This document shows positions 41,536-52,974 of a stretch of 64,000 nt of DNA, one piece after another (within the stretch, counting starts at the first letter, position 1; each line of letters opens with the position of its first letter). This DNA comes from Pseudomonadota bacterium (GTDB lineage: Bacteria > Pseudomonadota > Alphaproteobacteria > Sphingomonadales > Sphingomonadaceae). The stretch covers positions 9,781-73,780 of the forward strand of contig JBBTFY010000005.1 in the NCBI GenBank assembly GCA_038041635.1. The letters are read 5' to 3'. A program made the translations under genes and the position numbers. Below the pieces are notes generated by a model, which saw nothing but the letters and a program-made list of their open reading frames with translations, did no database searches and was not told where the DNA came from.

Positions 41536-42321
41536 ATGATGCCAAGATTAAATGACAATATCTGCCTCGTCACAGGGGCCGCGCGCGGAATTGGCCGCGC
41601 CATTGCCGAACATTTCCTCGCCGAAGGTGCGAACGTCATCGTTACCGATTGCGACGATGCGGCTGGTGCGGCAACGGCGACGGAGATTGGTGCACGCTTT
41701 ATCCACCTTGATGTCGGCAGCGAGGACGATTGGCGTCGCCTCGCCGCCACCGTTCCGGCACTTGACGTTCTGGTCAACAATGCGGGAATTACGGGATTCG
41801 AAGACAGCCCTGGCCCGCACGACCCAGAACATGCGACGCTGGCCGAATGGCACAAAGTCCACCGCGTCAACCTTGACGGTACTTTCATGGGGTGCCGCTA
41901 TGCGATTGGCGCGATGAAGGGCGCGGGCACGGGATCGATCATCAACATTTCGTCGCGGTCCGGCATGGTAGGCATTCCCGGCGCGGCAGCCTATGCCTCG
42001 TCCAAAGCCGCCATCCGCAATCACACCAAATCGGTCGCGCTCTATTGTGCGCAGCAGGGATGGCGTATCCGCTGCAACGCCATCTTCCCGGCCGCCATAT
42101 TGACCCCAATGTGGGAGGCGTTGATTGGCGATGGGCCGGACCGCGATGCACGGATGGCGGCGATGGTCGCGGATACGCCGCTCAAACGCTTTGGCACTGT
42201 GGACGAGGTGGCGGCGCTAGCGGTGATGCTGGCGTCGGACGAGGCGACCTATGTGACAGGGTCGGAGTTCAGCATTGACGGCGGATTACTCGCGGGATCG
42301 GCGGCGTCACCGGGTGAATAG
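41536..42321 (+). CDS. Short-chain dehydrogenase/reductase
   Basis: [21 protein letters not shown]. Confidence 0.93.
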   Translation: MMPRLNDNICLVTGAARGIGRAIAEHFLAEGANVIVTDCDDAAGAATATEIGARFIHLDVGSEDDWRRLAATVPALDVLVNNAGITGFEDSPGPHDPEHATLAEWHKVHRVNLDGTFMGCRYAIGAMKGAGTGSIINISSRSGMVGIPGAAAYASSKAAIRNHTKSVALYCAQQGWRIRCNAIFPAAILTPMWEALIGDGPDRDARMAAMVADTPLKRFGTVDEVAALAVMLASDEATYVTGSEFSIDGGLLAGSAASPGE

Positions 42322-43063
42322 CCTGTGATGCGCGGAAAAGCCGCCTTCAGCGTCGAATAATGCGAAAGACCTTGAAGGCGGTGCACCCCCGCAACATTAG
42401 GGAGCGCCTGCCCGAGGTATTCGGCCATGGCGGGCGGTGCCCAATTATCGCACTCACCCTGCCATATCGTGACGGGGCATTGTATTTGCGGCAAAATATA
42501 TACCCATGGCGAGACATACGCACCTATTTCTGACCGATAGCCCACCCGCCGCGCGACAGGCTCGAACGCACCATCTCCAGCCATCGCGCCCTGAAAATAG
42601 GGTCGGCTGCTAGCATCCGGTCCTCGCCAGCAGCATCGGCAAAAACCTGTCGAAACAAGGCATGTGGTGCGAACCTGGCCATGCCAGACTGCACCCGCGT
42701 CATGGCCGCAAACAAGCGAGGCCAATCACGTGCGAGGGAAAATACCGCCCTGCCCGCCATATGGGTCAGAAAATCTCCACCATCGAGCGGCGCGGCCGGA
42801 GAGACAAGGTCGATGCGCGCCACTTTGTCGCCCAGTTGTGCGGCAAGCCTGAGCGCGGCGAAAGCCCCAAGCGAAAAGCCGACCAAATGCAGGCTGTGGT
42901 GCGGCAATGCGCGCGCCACGTCTTTGGCCAGCTGCTCCGGTTCAGCCAGCAGTGCATCCTGTCTGTCGGGCGCATAATCGATGGCATAGTTCGTACCAAA
43001 TAGCCCCAGTTCAGCCGACGAACCGGGCTGCCCGTGCAGATAGACCGTCGCCAGATCTGCCAC
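42249..43063 (-). pseudogene. Alpha/beta hydrolase split by a frameshift near 42545
   Basis: ORF 42524-43063 has HGQPG and GFSLG; the Asp (WQGECD) and His (GLSHY) regions continue in another frame (42249-42725). Confidence 0.8.
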
Positions 43064-43064
43064 G

Positions 43065-43838
43065 CTAGTCGCGCACCGTCACCCACGTCGCGGCATGGTC
43101 GCTCGCTTTCTCGCGCGCGCGATGGCCCTTGTCCACACCCGCGTCGCACAGGCGGTCGGCGAGTGCGGGGCTGAGCAACAGATGGTCGATGCGGAAACCC
43201 GCGTCGCGCTGCCATGCCCCCGCCTGATAATCCCAATAGGTCCACACTCCGCCCGCCGGATAGCGCGCGCGCAAGCCATCGGTCCAGCCGTCGGACAGCA
43301 TCGCGCGATAGGCTGCGCGGCTTTGCGGGTGCATCAACGCGTCATCGGCCATCGCGGACGCGCGAAACACGTCATCATCATGCGGGATAACATTATAATC
43401 GCCCGCAATCAGCGCAGGCACTTCTTCGGCAAGAATAGCCCGCGCCCGCGCACGCAGCCGCTCCATCCAACCTAGCTTGTAGTCAAACTTTGGCCCCGGA
43501 TGCGGATTGCCGTTGGGCAGGTAGATGCCAGCGACGCGAAGGCCAAACACGCCCGCCTCGATATAGCGACTCTGTTCGTCATCGGGATCGCCGTCCAGCC
43601 CGCGCTGGACCTCCATCGGTTGCTCGCCCCGCGCAAGGATGGCGACGCCGTTAAACCCCTTTTGCCCATGCCAGATCGCGCCATAACCCGCCGCCTCTAT
43701 ATCGGCGCGCGGAATGCCGTCTTCGGCGGATTTGAGTTCCTGAAGACAGACAATATCGGGCTGTGTTTCGGTCAGCCATTCGATCAGGCGAGGCAAGCGG
43801 GCGCGGATGCCGTTGACATTATAGGTCGCGATTCTCAT
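43065..43838 (-). CDS. xth: Exodeoxyribonuclease III
   Basis: MRIATYNVNG, CLQELK, YLPNGNP, GDYN, RIDHLL, SDHA. Confidence 0.95.
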   Translation of the reverse strand: MRIATYNVNGIRARLPRLIEWLTETQPDIVCLQELKSAEDGIPRADIEAAGYGAIWHGQKGFNGVAILARGEQPMEVQRGLDGDPDDEQSRYIEAGVFGLRVAGIYLPNGNPHPGPKFDYKLGWMERLRARARAILAEEVPALIAGDYNVIPHDDDVFRASAMADDALMHPQSRAAYRAMLSDGWTDGLRARYPAGGVWTYWDYQAGAWQRDAGFRIDHLLLSPALADRLCDAGVDKGHRAREKASDHAATWVTVRD

Positions 43839-44185
43839 CAGACAGCAAAGCTGGAGCCACAGCCACAACCAGCGGTGGCGTTGGGGTTGGTCACCTGAAA
43901 GCTCGCACCGCCTAAGGATTCAACATAATCGATGCGCGAACCGCGCAGCAGATCGATGCTGACACTGTCGATAACCAGCGCAACGCCGTCGGTTTCGCTG
44001 ACGCTATCGTCGCTCTCTATGCTTTCGGCCATCGCAAATTTATAGGTGAAGCCAGAGCAACCGCCGCCATCGACCGACAGGCGCAGCCGCGCGGGCTGGC
44101 CCAATTTTTCGCCAATCGCGAACACGCGCGCAGCGGCGGACGCTGTTAGCGTTGGGCAATCATTGATGGAATGTGTTTCGGCCAT
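43838..44185 (-). CDS. erpA: HesB/IscA family Fe-S carrier (ErpA-like)
   Basis: GGGCSGF and CGCGSSF motifs. Confidence 0.85.
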   Translation of the reverse strand: MAETHSINDCPTLTASAAARVFAIGEKLGQPARLRLSVDGGGCSGFTYKFAMAESIESDDSVSETDGVALVIDSVSIDLLRGSRIDYVESLGGASFQVTNPNATAGCGCGSSFAV

Positions 44186-44265
44186 GGGCCTAAGATAGGG
44201 CCGCGAAGCGCCAGCGGCAAGTCGGCACTGCGAGGGAGGTTATTCGTCCAGCCTATTCGCCCAAT

Positions 44266-45024
44266 CTATTCGCGCGGCCCGCCCAGCGCAACATTGCCAT
44301 GGCCCGATGCATCGGCCATCACGCCGTCTTCGGCCAAAAAGGGTAGTGGGTTAACCGGAGCACCCGCGATGCGGACTTCGTAGTGGAGATGCGGGCCGGT
44401 TGAACGGCCAGTCGAGCCAACATAGCCGACCACATCGCCGCGACGAACATGCTGGCCCGAAACCACGGCGATGACCGACATATGGCCATAGCGCGTCTGA
44501 ATGGCGTTGCCATGCTCGACCTCGACATAATTGCCATAGCCGCCAAGGCGCTGCGCACGGCCAATGGTGCCATCAGCAGTCGCATAAATCGGCGTGCCGG
44601 TCGGGCGCGGAATGTCGATGCCATTGTGGCGGGCACGGCGACCATTGAACGGGTCGCTGCGGGTGCCAAACGATGAAGTCAGGGTCACCACGTCAACGGG
44701 CGCGCGCGACGGAATGGCGATCGCCTGTGCCGAAGGCCCGTCCATTTGCTGCCATGCGGTGAATAATGAGCGAAACTGGCTGTCCCCTTCACCACCCACG
44801 CGGCGAGCCAAGACGGGGGTGAAGCGCGCAACGGCTGCGGCGGTCGCGTCTGCATTTGCGACGGCGGCCTCGGCATCGCTAGTGTCGAGCGCCACATCGG
44901 GCGCGTCAAGGTCAACTGGCGCTTCGCTGGCGGTGGCCGCCATCGCGGGCGCGCCGAACCCAAGGGCGGCTGCCGCGAATGTAGTCACGCTATGCTTGAC
45001 AAAATGCTTGAAACAAAAGGACAT
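44266..45024 (-). CDS. M23 family metallopeptidase
   Basis: HNGID, YGH, STGPHLHYE; signal peptide. Confidence 0.92.
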   Translation of the reverse strand: MSFCFKHFVKHSVTTFAAAALGFGAPAMAATASEAPVDLDAPDVALDTSDAEAAVANADATAAAVARFTPVLARRVGGEGDSQFRSLFTAWQQMDGPSAQAIAIPSRAPVDVVTLTSSFGTRSDPFNGRRARHNGIDIPRPTGTPIYATADGTIGRAQRLGGYGNYVEVEHGNAIQTRYGHMSVIAVVSGQHVRRGDVVGYVGSTGRSTGPHLHYEVRIAGAPVNPLPFLAEDGVMADASGHGNVALGGPRE

Positions 45025-45380
45025 GCGACCCCGAATTGTTTGCCGACCGATCGGGCAATATGCCCAAATCTAGCGCGGTAGTGACTCTAAAGCCCCTATA
45101 GGGCCAAGTATTTTGGGGCCAATTTTGACTGGTCCCCGCTCTTGATGCTGGTTGTGGTCAGCAAATGTTGATGGAGCAACAGATGATTGCCGTTCGTGCG
45201 TTCAATGGGGCGTGCGGCACGGCGAACCGTTGAATGCGCCGCATCTGGCGCGGTAAATGCCCGAAATGGCCGCCTTTTATGCTGCGATCCGAATCAATGG
45301 CGCAATGAGCCATAAGCGGCCAAAGCCCGTAAAATTGACACCAAGAACGGGGTCTGGTTTTCCAACATTTTCGCGGTTTT

Positions 45381-45811
45381 GGTTGATACGATGCACGGGG
45401 GAAACAACGGCCGCCTGCGGGTTACAGAGCTGTGGTATCAACGATACACAGTCGTATTATACACATAACACACTTCGTCATCCACCATCGTCATTGCGAG
45501 GAATGGAATGACGAAGCAATCCAGAAGCGGTGCCATAGACTGGATTGCTTCGCTTCGCTCGCAATGACGAAGAAAGATGTTCCCCACGCGAAGACACAAA
45601 GACGCGAAGAAAGATAGTGTGCTCCGGACTAAATCCGGAGCACAGGTGCGTTGCGGCGATAAGGTCGCAAAGGTCGCGCATAGGATGCGGAAAATTGCGA
45701 CGAGCCGAATGGATATGGCCGCGAACAGCACCGCGCAGGCACGGGCTTGGCTAAGGGCAATAAGCAACATCATGCGCCACTTATATCATAGCCAAAACCC
45801 TGTAGGAAAGC
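45381..45811 (-). repeat. Dispersed composite non-coding element, copy B
   Basis: Core 45381-45473 is 89/93 identical to copy A (hand count); CTGTAGGAAAGC at 45800-45811; GTCATTGCGAG doublet at 45490-45568; tgtgctccgga/tccggagcaca hairpin at 45618-45644. Confidence 0.9.
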
Positions 45812-45815
45812 GGTG

Positions 45816-46289
45816 TTACACAGCCCGCACCGCCGTCAGCACCTCGTCCGCATGCCCTTTTACCCTGACCTTGCGCCATTGTTGCACCAGCGCGCCCGCC
45901 GCGTCGAACAGGAATGTGCAGCGCTCAATCCCCATATAGTGGCGGCCATAGAGCGATTTTTCGACCCACGCGCCAAAATCCTCGGTCATATGACCGCCGC
46001 TAACACTTTCCGGGGCGTCGGAGCCGAGCGTGACGGTGAGGCCATATTTTTCGGCGAATTTGGCGAGGCGCGCAGGCTTGTCCTTCGACACGCCGATGAC
46101 GCGCACACCAGCGGCAGCGAAAGCATCGGCCAGTGCGGTAAAATCCTTGGCCTCATTGGTGCAGCCCGGCGTATCGGCCTTGGGATAGAAATAGATGATG
46201 TGCGCCCGCCCCACCATGTCGGCGCGCGACAGCACAGTTCCATCGGCCAATGTCAGCCGCCAATCGGGTGATTTTTGCCCGTCGATCAT
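45816..46289 (-). CDS. bcp: Peroxiredoxin Bcp/PrxQ
   Basis: YFYPKADTPGCTNEA, GIERCTFL. Confidence 0.93.
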   Translation of the reverse strand: MIDGQKSPDWRLTLADGTVLSRADMVGRAHIIYFYPKADTPGCTNEAKDFTALADAFAAAGVRVIGVSKDKPARLAKFAEKYGLTVTLGSDAPESVSGGHMTEDFGAWVEKSLYGRHYMGIERCTFLFDAAGALVQQWRKVRVKGHADEVLTAVRAV

Positions 46290-46305
46290 TATGCGCTCTC
46301 CCCAC

Positions 46306-49008
46306 TCACCAGACTTGATCCCTGATACCATGCCACCATGCACCGATACACGCCAGAGCAGCGGCATGGCCGCGCATCAGCCGCGCCCAATCTGCATCGC
46401 CGCCGGGCACACAGGCATGGGCAATCCGCGCGCGGGTTTCGGCGTCCTGCGGATATTGCCCGTCGGGGGCCATCAGCCGCATCGTCACCAGCATCCGCGC
46501 CAGCAGCGCCTGTGCACCGCACGCATCGGCGGGGGCGTGGCCAGCCGCCACCAATTGGTCGAGCGCCACGCTCAAACGCGGGTCAAAGGCCATATTATGG
46601 CGCAGCTGCTGCGCGTGGATCGCAAACTCTGCATCGACCAACCCGCCGCCGCATAGCTTGACATCGAGCGGGCCTTTGGCTGGCTTGTGCGCCGCTATAT
46701 CGCTGCGCATTTTGACGACATCGGCATGGAGTTTTACCGGGTCGCGCGGGGCGGCGAGCACAGCGTCGATGATCGATTGCAGCTGTTCGCGCGCACGCCT
46801 GCTGCCAAACACAGGGCGCGCACGGGTGAGCGCCATATGCTCCCACGTCCACGCCTCCTCCGCCTGATAGCGCGCGAAGGCATCGAGGCTGGCGACCAGC
46901 GGCCCCTGTGCCCCCTGTGGCCGCAACCGCGTATCAACCTCATAGAGCCGCCCAGCCGCCGTCGGCACGCTGAGCGCCGCGATAACCCGGCTGCCCAATC
47001 GGTTAAAGTAAGTGGTGGTGCCAAGCGGACGCGGCCCATCGGACGTCGCCATCAAATCGCCAGTAAACAGCAAGATGAGGTCGAGGTCGGACGCGTGCGT
47101 CAACGCTCTTCCCCCCAGTCGGCCCAGCGCGAGGATGAGCAATTCGCCGCCCGCAATGCGTCCGTGCGCGCGTTCAAAGGCAAGCACCGTCGCCGCCGCC
47201 AGACTCTCCAGCGCGGCATCGGCAAGGTCGGCAAGCCCTAGCGCAACGGTGAGCGGGTCGGCAGCCCCTTCGACCAGTTGCACGCCCAGCGCAAAGCGGT
47301 GATCCCCGACCACGCGGCGGACATGATCAAGCTGACGTTCCATATCATCAACCGGGCCCGAAGCCATCGCGGCGGCCAGTGCATCGGGTGAAGGCATCGC
47401 GTTAAAAACGGTGGCGTCGATCAACCCCTCGATCAATTCTGGCCGCTGCGCCAGATCATCGGCCAATGTCGGCGCATGACCGAGCACCGCGACCAAAGTG
47501 TTCAGCAGTTGCGGGCGGGCACCAAGCAGATGAAAGAAATTGATCGCACTGGGCATGCCGCAGACCAGCCGGTCAAATTTGCCAAGCACGCTGTCGGGTT
47601 GATGCGCCGCGCCAATGGCGCTCATCAACGCGGGGAGCACATCCTCCAGCGCATCTAGCGCCGGGCCGCTGCGCAATATCCGCATCGTTCCGCTGCGCCA
47701 TTCGGATATGCGGCGCGCCGTCGCTTCGCCATCGGCAAAGCCAATCGCCCAAGCATTTGTCACTGATTCATCATGGTCGTGCGGCCAGCGTGCCTGCTGT
47801 TTATCACCGCCGACCATGGAATCAAAAACGGTTCCGACCTGGTCAATCACGGGCGCAAGCAGCGCAATCAGCGCCGTGCCATCGGCAAGTCCGTGCAGGC
47901 GCGCCACACCGTCCATCGCCGCCGCATCTTTTGGCAGGCTGTGGGTTTGCTGATCGGCGACCATTTGCAAGCGATGTTCGATGGTGCGCAACACAGTGTA
48001 ATGATCCGCCAAGGTTGAAGCCGTATCGCACCCAATATGCCCAGCAGTGGCCAGCGCCGTCAGAGCATCGCGTGTGTCGGATACTCTTAATGACGGGTCG
48101 CGACCACCGTGGATAAGTTGTTGAACTTGAGCGAAAAACTCAATCTCGCGGATACCGCCGCGCCCGCGCTTAAGGTCAAAGCCGGGGCCGAACGCCTGCC
48201 CACCCGCATAGGCGCTGCGGATGCGTTTGCTGATGTCGCCGATCCGTTTGATTTGCCCGAAATCCATCGAGCGCCGCCAGATGAACGGCTGGATCGCGTC
48301 AAGGAAATGGCGCCCCAAGCCCAAGTCGCCGGCGTTGGCACGCGAGCGCACAAACGCTGCTTGCTCCCAAGCCAGTGCCTGTGATTCATAATAAGAAATG
48401 GCAGCATCAATTGGCAAGATAATCGGCGTCACTTCGGGCGTCGGGCGCAGGCGCAAATCGACGCGCAGCACATGACCATCGCCGGTGCGCTGTGACAGTA
48501 TCTCGACCCAGCGCCGCGCAATCCGCACCGCCGCTTCGCCGGGATCATCGCGCTGGCGGCGCGGCAAAGTTTTAGGGTCAAAGACCAGAATCGGGTCGAT
48601 GTCCGACGAGTAATTGAGCTCGTGACTGCCCAGTTTTCCTAGTGCGAGAATTGCCAGCCCGCATACCGGTTCGCCCGGTGCGCGCTCCGCAAAGGCGGCG
48701 GTCAGTGCGGCATCGCAGGCCTCATCAGCAAAGTCAGACAGCGCATGGACCGTTTGCGTCAGGTCATGCTCGCCCGCCAAATCGGCGAGCGCCAGCACCA
48801 GCGACAAATCGGCGCGGCGGCGGCGAAGCTGTGCCATCACATCGCCCGTGTCGCCATCTAGCGCAGAGCAAGCGCTAAGCGCAGCGCCGGTGCCGTCATT
48901 CACAAAACGGTCAGTCAGTTGTGGCCGTTGCCCGGCCAGCATGGCGAGGAACGGCGCATGGGCCAGCGCGCGGGTGAGCGCATCAACCCGTGCGCCCTGC
49001 CCGGTCAT
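46306..49008 (-). CDS. glnE: Glutamine synthetase adenylyltransferase
   Basis: Two nucleotidyltransferase domains ([30 protein letters not shown]), DLRLRP/DTRLRP, WE..A. Confidence 0.95.
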   Translation of the reverse strand: MTGQGARVDALTRALAHAPFLAMLAGQRPQLTDRFVNDGTGAALSACSALDGDTGDVMAQLRRRRADLSLVLALADLAGEHDLTQTVHALSDFADEACDAALTAAFAERAPGEPVCGLAILALGKLGSHELNYSSDIDPILVFDPKTLPRRQRDDPGEAAVRIARRWVEILSQRTGDGHVLRVDLRLRPTPEVTPIILPIDAAISYYESQALAWEQAAFVRSRANAGDLGLGRHFLDAIQPFIWRRSMDFGQIKRIGDISKRIRSAYAGGQAFGPGFDLKRGRGGIREIEFFAQVQQLIHGGRDPSLRVSDTRDALTALATAGHIGCDTASTLADHYTVLRTIEHRLQMVADQQTHSLPKDAAAMDGVARLHGLADGTALIALLAPVIDQVGTVFDSMVGGDKQQARWPHDHDESVTNAWAIGFADGEATARRISEWRSGTMRILRSGPALDALEDVLPALMSAIGAAHQPDSVLGKFDRLVCGMPSAINFFHLLGARPQLLNTLVAVLGHAPTLADDLAQRPELIEGLIDATVFNAMPSPDALAAAMASGPVDDMERQLDHVRRVVGDHRFALGVQLVEGAADPLTVALGLADLADAALESLAAATVLAFERAHGRIAGGELLILALGRLGGRALTHASDLDLILLFTGDLMATSDGPRPLGTTTYFNRLGSRVIAALSVPTAAGRLYEVDTRLRPQGAQGPLVASLDAFARYQAEEAWTWEHMALTRARPVFGSRRAREQLQSIIDAVLAAPRDPVKLHADVVKMRSDIAAHKPAKGPLDVKLCGGGLVDAEFAIHAQQLRHNMAFDPRLSVALDQLVAAGHAPADACGAQALLARMLVTMRLMAPDGQYPQDAETRARIAHACVPGGDADWARLMRGHAAALACIGAWWHGIRDQVW

Positions 49009-50132
49009 GCGGCGTCGTACCGATCATGAAATGCAGCGGCAAAGGCGGCCATGGCCCCAGCAGAAATCGCGCCGCGCATCGCCGCCATCAACGCCTGATA
49101 GAAATGGAGATTATGCTGAGTCATCAGCATCGCGCCAAGCATTTCGCCCGAGCGCACAAGGTGGTGGATATAGGCGCGGTTCCATGTGCTACACACGGGG
49201 CAATCGCAGCTTGCGTCCAGCGGACCCTGATCCTCGGCGAAGCGCGCGTTACGGATGTTGAGCGGCCCGTCCCATGTGAACGCCTGTCCGTTGCGCCCCG
49301 AACGCGTCGGCAACACGCAATCGAACATGTCGACGCCGCGCATCACCGCGCCAACCAGATCGGTGGGTTTGCCCACCCCCATAAGATAGCGCGGCTTGTC
49401 GGCGGGGAGTTGCGCGGGTGCGTAATCGAGGCAGGCGAACATCGCCTCCTGCCCTTCGCCAACAGCGAGGCCCCCAATCGCATAGCCGTCAAAACCAATG
49501 TCGATCAGCGCATCGGCGCTTGTCCGGCGCAATGCTTCGTCAAGGCTGCCCTGCTGTATCCCGAACAGCGCGGCGCGCATGGCATGGTCGCCGCCAGCGT
49601 CAAAGGCGGTGCGCGAACGTAGGGCCCAGCGCATCGAGCGGCGCATGCTCATCTCCGCGCGCTTCGCATCGGCCCCACCCGGCGGGCATTCGTCAAACGC
49701 CATGACAATGTCGCTGCCCAGCAAGCGCTGGATCTCCATCGACCGTTCGGGGGTCAGCATGTGCCGCGACCCGTCGAGGTGCGATTTGAACGCGACACCG
49801 TCTTCGGACTGTTTGGTCAGCGCCGACAGGCTCATCACCTGATAGCCGCCGCTGTCGGTCAATATCGGGCGGTCCCAACCCATGAAGGCGTGCAAGCCGC
49901 CGAGCCGCGCCATCCGCTCCGCGCCCGGGCGCAGCATCAAATGATAGGTGTTGCCAAGGATGATGTCGGCCCCGGTAGCGCGAACCTCATCGGGGCGCAT
50001 CCCCTTGACCGTCGCGGCGGTGCCGACGGGCATGAAAGCCGGGGTGCGAATATCCCCGCGCTGCATGGATATGGTGCCGTTACGCGCAGCGCCGTCGGTG
50101 GCATGGATGGTGAAGGCAAAGCGGGGTTTCAT
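49005..50132 (-). CDS. tgt: Queuine tRNA-ribosyltransferase
   Basis: [37 protein letters not shown] zinc site. Confidence 0.97.
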   Translation of the reverse strand: MKPRFAFTIHATDGAARNGTISMQRGDIRTPAFMPVGTAATVKGMRPDEVRATGADIILGNTYHLMLRPGAERMARLGGLHAFMGWDRPILTDSGGYQVMSLSALTKQSEDGVAFKSHLDGSRHMLTPERSMEIQRLLGSDIVMAFDECPPGGADAKRAEMSMRRSMRWALRSRTAFDAGGDHAMRAALFGIQQGSLDEALRRTSADALIDIGFDGYAIGGLAVGEGQEAMFACLDYAPAQLPADKPRYLMGVGKPTDLVGAVMRGVDMFDCVLPTRSGRNGQAFTWDGPLNIRNARFAEDQGPLDASCDCPVCSTWNRAYIHHLVRSGEMLGAMLMTQHNLHFYQALMAAMRGAISAGAMAAFAAAFHDRYDAA

Positions 50133-50224
50133 TATGCCATAACGCCTAGCGGTCCTGCCCCGCCTTTGTCGAGTGGGCGGGGTGTGAATGCTCGACTGAC
50201 GAAGTGCGGCTTGCCTCTACTCTA

Positions 50225-50273
50225 TTGACTTGTTACTATAAACACAATTAAATACATATACACACAATGTGTG
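50225..50273 (+). promoter_or_regulatory. AT-rich toxin-antitoxin promoter with palindromic operator candidate
   Basis: TTGACT at 50225; ACACAAT repeated 20 bp apart; CACAC-AAT-GTGTG at 50261-50273 next to the RBS. Confidence 0.55.
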
Positions 50274-50279
50274 GAGCAT

Positions 50280-50546
50280 ATGATGTCGCAGACTTCGACA
50301 ATGACCATCCGCGTGACCCCCGAAACCAAAGCACGTCTGGACCAGCTGGCACAGGACACAAGGCGGAGCCGCGCCTTTCTTGCTGGTGAAGCCGTCGCGC
50401 ATTATGTCGCACGTGAACAGGCCATTATCGACGGCATCAAGCGCGGGTTGAACGACGTAAGTATCGGCAAGCTCGTTCCGCATGACGCCGCAATGGAAGA
50501 GCTTACTGACGCGGTTGAAGAAGTCGCCAGCACAGCCCGCGCATGA
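50280..50546 (+). CDS. Ribbon-helix-helix (CopG-like) antitoxin
   Basis: TMTIRV..LDQLAQDTRRSRAFL, acidic C-terminus; ATGA overlap with the toxin. Confidence 0.88.
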   Translation: MMSQTSTMTIRVTPETKARLDQLAQDTRRSRAFLAGEAVAHYVAREQAIIDGIKRGLNDVSIGKLVPHDAAMEELTDAVEEVASTARA

Positions 50547-50851
50547 AGCGCAGTGTCTTGTGGTCGCGTGATGCGCTCGACGATCTAAAGCAACAGCTCA
50601 GCTACATCTCCGCCGAAGACCCCGATGCCGCGCGCAAAATCGTCGCCAAGCTCCGCCTGACAGGAGATCAGCTTGCTGATTTTGCGACAGGGCATCCGGG
50701 TCGAGTGAGCGGCACATATGAAAAATCGGTCAGCCGATTGCCCTATATCATCGCGTACGCCCTGACCGTGCACCAAGGCCGCGAGGTTGTTGCGGTATTG
50801 CGCATCATTCATACATCGAGGGATTGGGATGCGGAACGCTGGCCGATTTGA
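50543..50851 (+). CDS. RelE/ParE family toxin
   Basis: WSRDALDDL, HPGRVSGT, LPYIIAY, VLRIIHTSRDW. Confidence 0.9.
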   Translation: MKRSVLWSRDALDDLKQQLSYISAEDPDAARKIVAKLRLTGDQLADFATGHPGRVSGTYEKSVSRLPYIIAYALTVHQGREVVAVLRIIHTSRDWDAERWPI

Positions 50852-50958
50852 ACGAAAGGCAACGCCTCTCGCGCCCCAAGGGAGAGGGGGGATTATTTGC
50901 AATTGCCCTGCCCTTGCGCGATGATGTGGCGAAATTAGGATATTTTGGGGAGACTATC

Positions 50959-52386
50959 ATGAAAATCGCCCTTCGCATCGCATTGAGCAGCGCGGGCCTT
51001 GTCGCCGCGACGCTGTGCGCGCCGGCAATGGCACAGGTTGTGACCGATGCGGGAGCGGGCGAGGCGCAATTCCGCGCCGTTTACCGCGAACTGGTCGAAA
51101 CCAACACCACGCTATCGGTCGGCAGTTGCACCGTGGCCGCCGAACGCATGGCGGCGCGGCTACGCAGCGTTGGCTATCCAGACGCCGATTTGCACATGAT
51201 CGTCGAGCCGGACCATCCGCGCGAGGGCAATTTGGTCGCGATATTGCCGGGCAGCGACGCCAGCATCGAACCGATGCTGTTGCTGGCGCATATCGATGTG
51301 GTCGAGGCGAACCGCGCCGATTGGGAACGCGACCCGTTCACGCTGGTCGAGGAAAATGGCTATTTTTACGCGCGCGGTTCGGCGGACGACAAGGCGCAGG
51401 CAGCCGTGTGGGTCGATTTGATGATGCGGATGCGGCAAGAGGGCTTTCACCCGCGCCGCACCATCAAGATGGCGCTGACCTGCGGTGAGGAAACGGCGGG
51501 GGCGTTCAACGGTGCCGAATATCTCGCCACGCATCACCGCGAGATGATCGACGCCGAATTTGCGCTGAACGAGGGCGCGGGCGGGTTGATGCGTGACGAT
51601 GGCACGCGGGTCATGCTCAACATACAGGCGGGCGAGAAGTTCCCGCAAAATTACCGGCTGGAGGTGATCAACCCCGGAGGGCATTCATCGCGGCCTGTGC
51701 GCGACAATGCAATCACGCGGATATCGGGCGCGCTGACCCGCATCGGCGCGCATGACTTTGCCTATGAATCGAATGACGCAACGCGCGGATATTTTGCCGC
51801 GATGGCGCATTTGACACCTGGCGCGGTGGGAAGCGCGATGGGCGCATTCGCCGCCAACCCCACCGACACTGCCGCCGCCGATATAGTGGCGGCAGCCAAT
51901 CCGGGGTGGAACGGCATAATGCGCACCACCTGTGTCGCAACGCTGATCGAGGGCGGGCACGCAACCAACGCTTTGCCCCAGCGGGTGCGCGCCAACATCA
52001 ATTGCCGCATATTCCCCGGCACGTCCGTAGAGGCGATCCGTCAAGCATTAGTCGGCATCGTCGCTGACCCGCAGGTCAGCGTCACTACGCTGGAAACCCG
52101 CAGCCCGACATCGGCTCCGCCGCCACTGACCGACGCGATCATGGGCCCGGCGCGTGCGGCAGCACAGCAGATTTTCCCCGACGTGCCGCTGGTCCCATTG
52201 ATGGCGGCGGGTGGCACCGACGGGGCGTTCCTGACCCCCGCTGGCATACCGACCTATGGCTTTTCCGGCTTTTTCGGCACCGCAGAGGGCAGCCGTGCGC
52301 ACGGACTGAATGAACGGATGGGGGTGCAATCACTGATGGATGGCCGGCGGATGCTATATCTGCTGGTGCGCGATTATGCTGATTAG
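50959..52386 (+). CDS. Exported M20/M25/M40 family metallo-hydrolase
   Basis: Signal peptide, AHIDVV, ARGSADDK, GEE, GGHSS, AHGLNE. Confidence 0.92.
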   Translation: MKIALRIALSSAGLVAATLCAPAMAQVVTDAGAGEAQFRAVYRELVETNTTLSVGSCTVAAERMAARLRSVGYPDADLHMIVEPDHPREGNLVAILPGSDASIEPMLLLAHIDVVEANRADWERDPFTLVEENGYFYARGSADDKAQAAVWVDLMMRMRQEGFHPRRTIKMALTCGEETAGAFNGAEYLATHHREMIDAEFALNEGAGGLMRDDGTRVMLNIQAGEKFPQNYRLEVINPGGHSSRPVRDNAITRISGALTRIGAHDFAYESNDATRGYFAAMAHLTPGAVGSAMGAFAANPTDTAAADIVAAANPGWNGIMRTTCVATLIEGGHATNALPQRVRANINCRIFPGTSVEAIRQALVGIVADPQVSVTTLETRSPTSAPPPLTDAIMGPARAAAQQIFPDVPLVPLMAAGGTDGAFLTPAGIPTYGFSGFFGTAEGSRAHGLNERMGVQSLMDGRRMLYLLVRDYAD

Positions 52387-52394
52387 AGCATGAC

Positions 52395-52432
52395 AAAGGG
52401 GCCGCGCATCGCTGCGCAGCCCCTCCTCTTTT
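52395..52432. terminator. Probable terminator between convergent peptidase and OMP genes
   Basis: aaaggggccgcgca-tcgc-tgcgcagcccct imperfect stem followed by a T-rich tract. Confidence 0.6.
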
Positions 52433-52449
52433 GCCTGTGGGGCAAAGAT

Positions 52450-52974
52450 TCAGAAGTGAAAGGTCACACCCGCCGTTGCGCGGATGGTGTCGAACGCAAT
52501 CGTATCGACCGCAAGGCGAAGACCAAGGCCGTTGCTGACCGCAATGTCCGCGCCCGCGCCGACCAGATAATCACCATCGGTGTCGTCGGCACCAGCAACC
52601 GGCGGCAAACCTGTGAAGCGGCGAAGGTCGAAATCAACCTCCTGATAGCCGCCGCGAACGAACAGCTTGGTGCCGGGGCTGATTTCGGTGCCGATACGTG
52701 CGGTAATACCATATTCGCGGTCAATCGCGCTGTTGCCAAAATTATAATTGGCTTCTGCACCGACGAACACCGACCCGCTGACCGGAACATCGACCCCCAG
52801 ATATGTACCGTAAATGATGCCATTATCGTCGGCCGCACCGGGGGTGCCAAGGTCGTGCGTGCCGACCGCCAGACCGCCATAAATGTCAGGCTGTCCCGGC
52901 GCATCCTGCGCAAAAGCCGGAGCGGCAAAGATTGCGGCAGAGAGCGCAAGCGCGGGGAGGAGGAGTTTTTTCAT
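52450..52974 (-). CDS. Small outer-membrane beta-barrel protein
   Basis: Signal peptide (APAFAQ), alternating beta-strand pattern, C-terminal Phe. Confidence 0.85.
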   Translation of the reverse strand: MKKLLLPALALSAAIFAAPAFAQDAPGQPDIYGGLAVGTHDLGTPGAADDNGIIYGTYLGVDVPVSGSVFVGAEANYNFGNSAIDREYGITARIGTEISPGTKLFVRGGYQEVDFDLRRFTGLPPVAGADDTDGDYLVGAGADIAVSNGLGLRLAVDTIAFDTIRATAGVTFHF

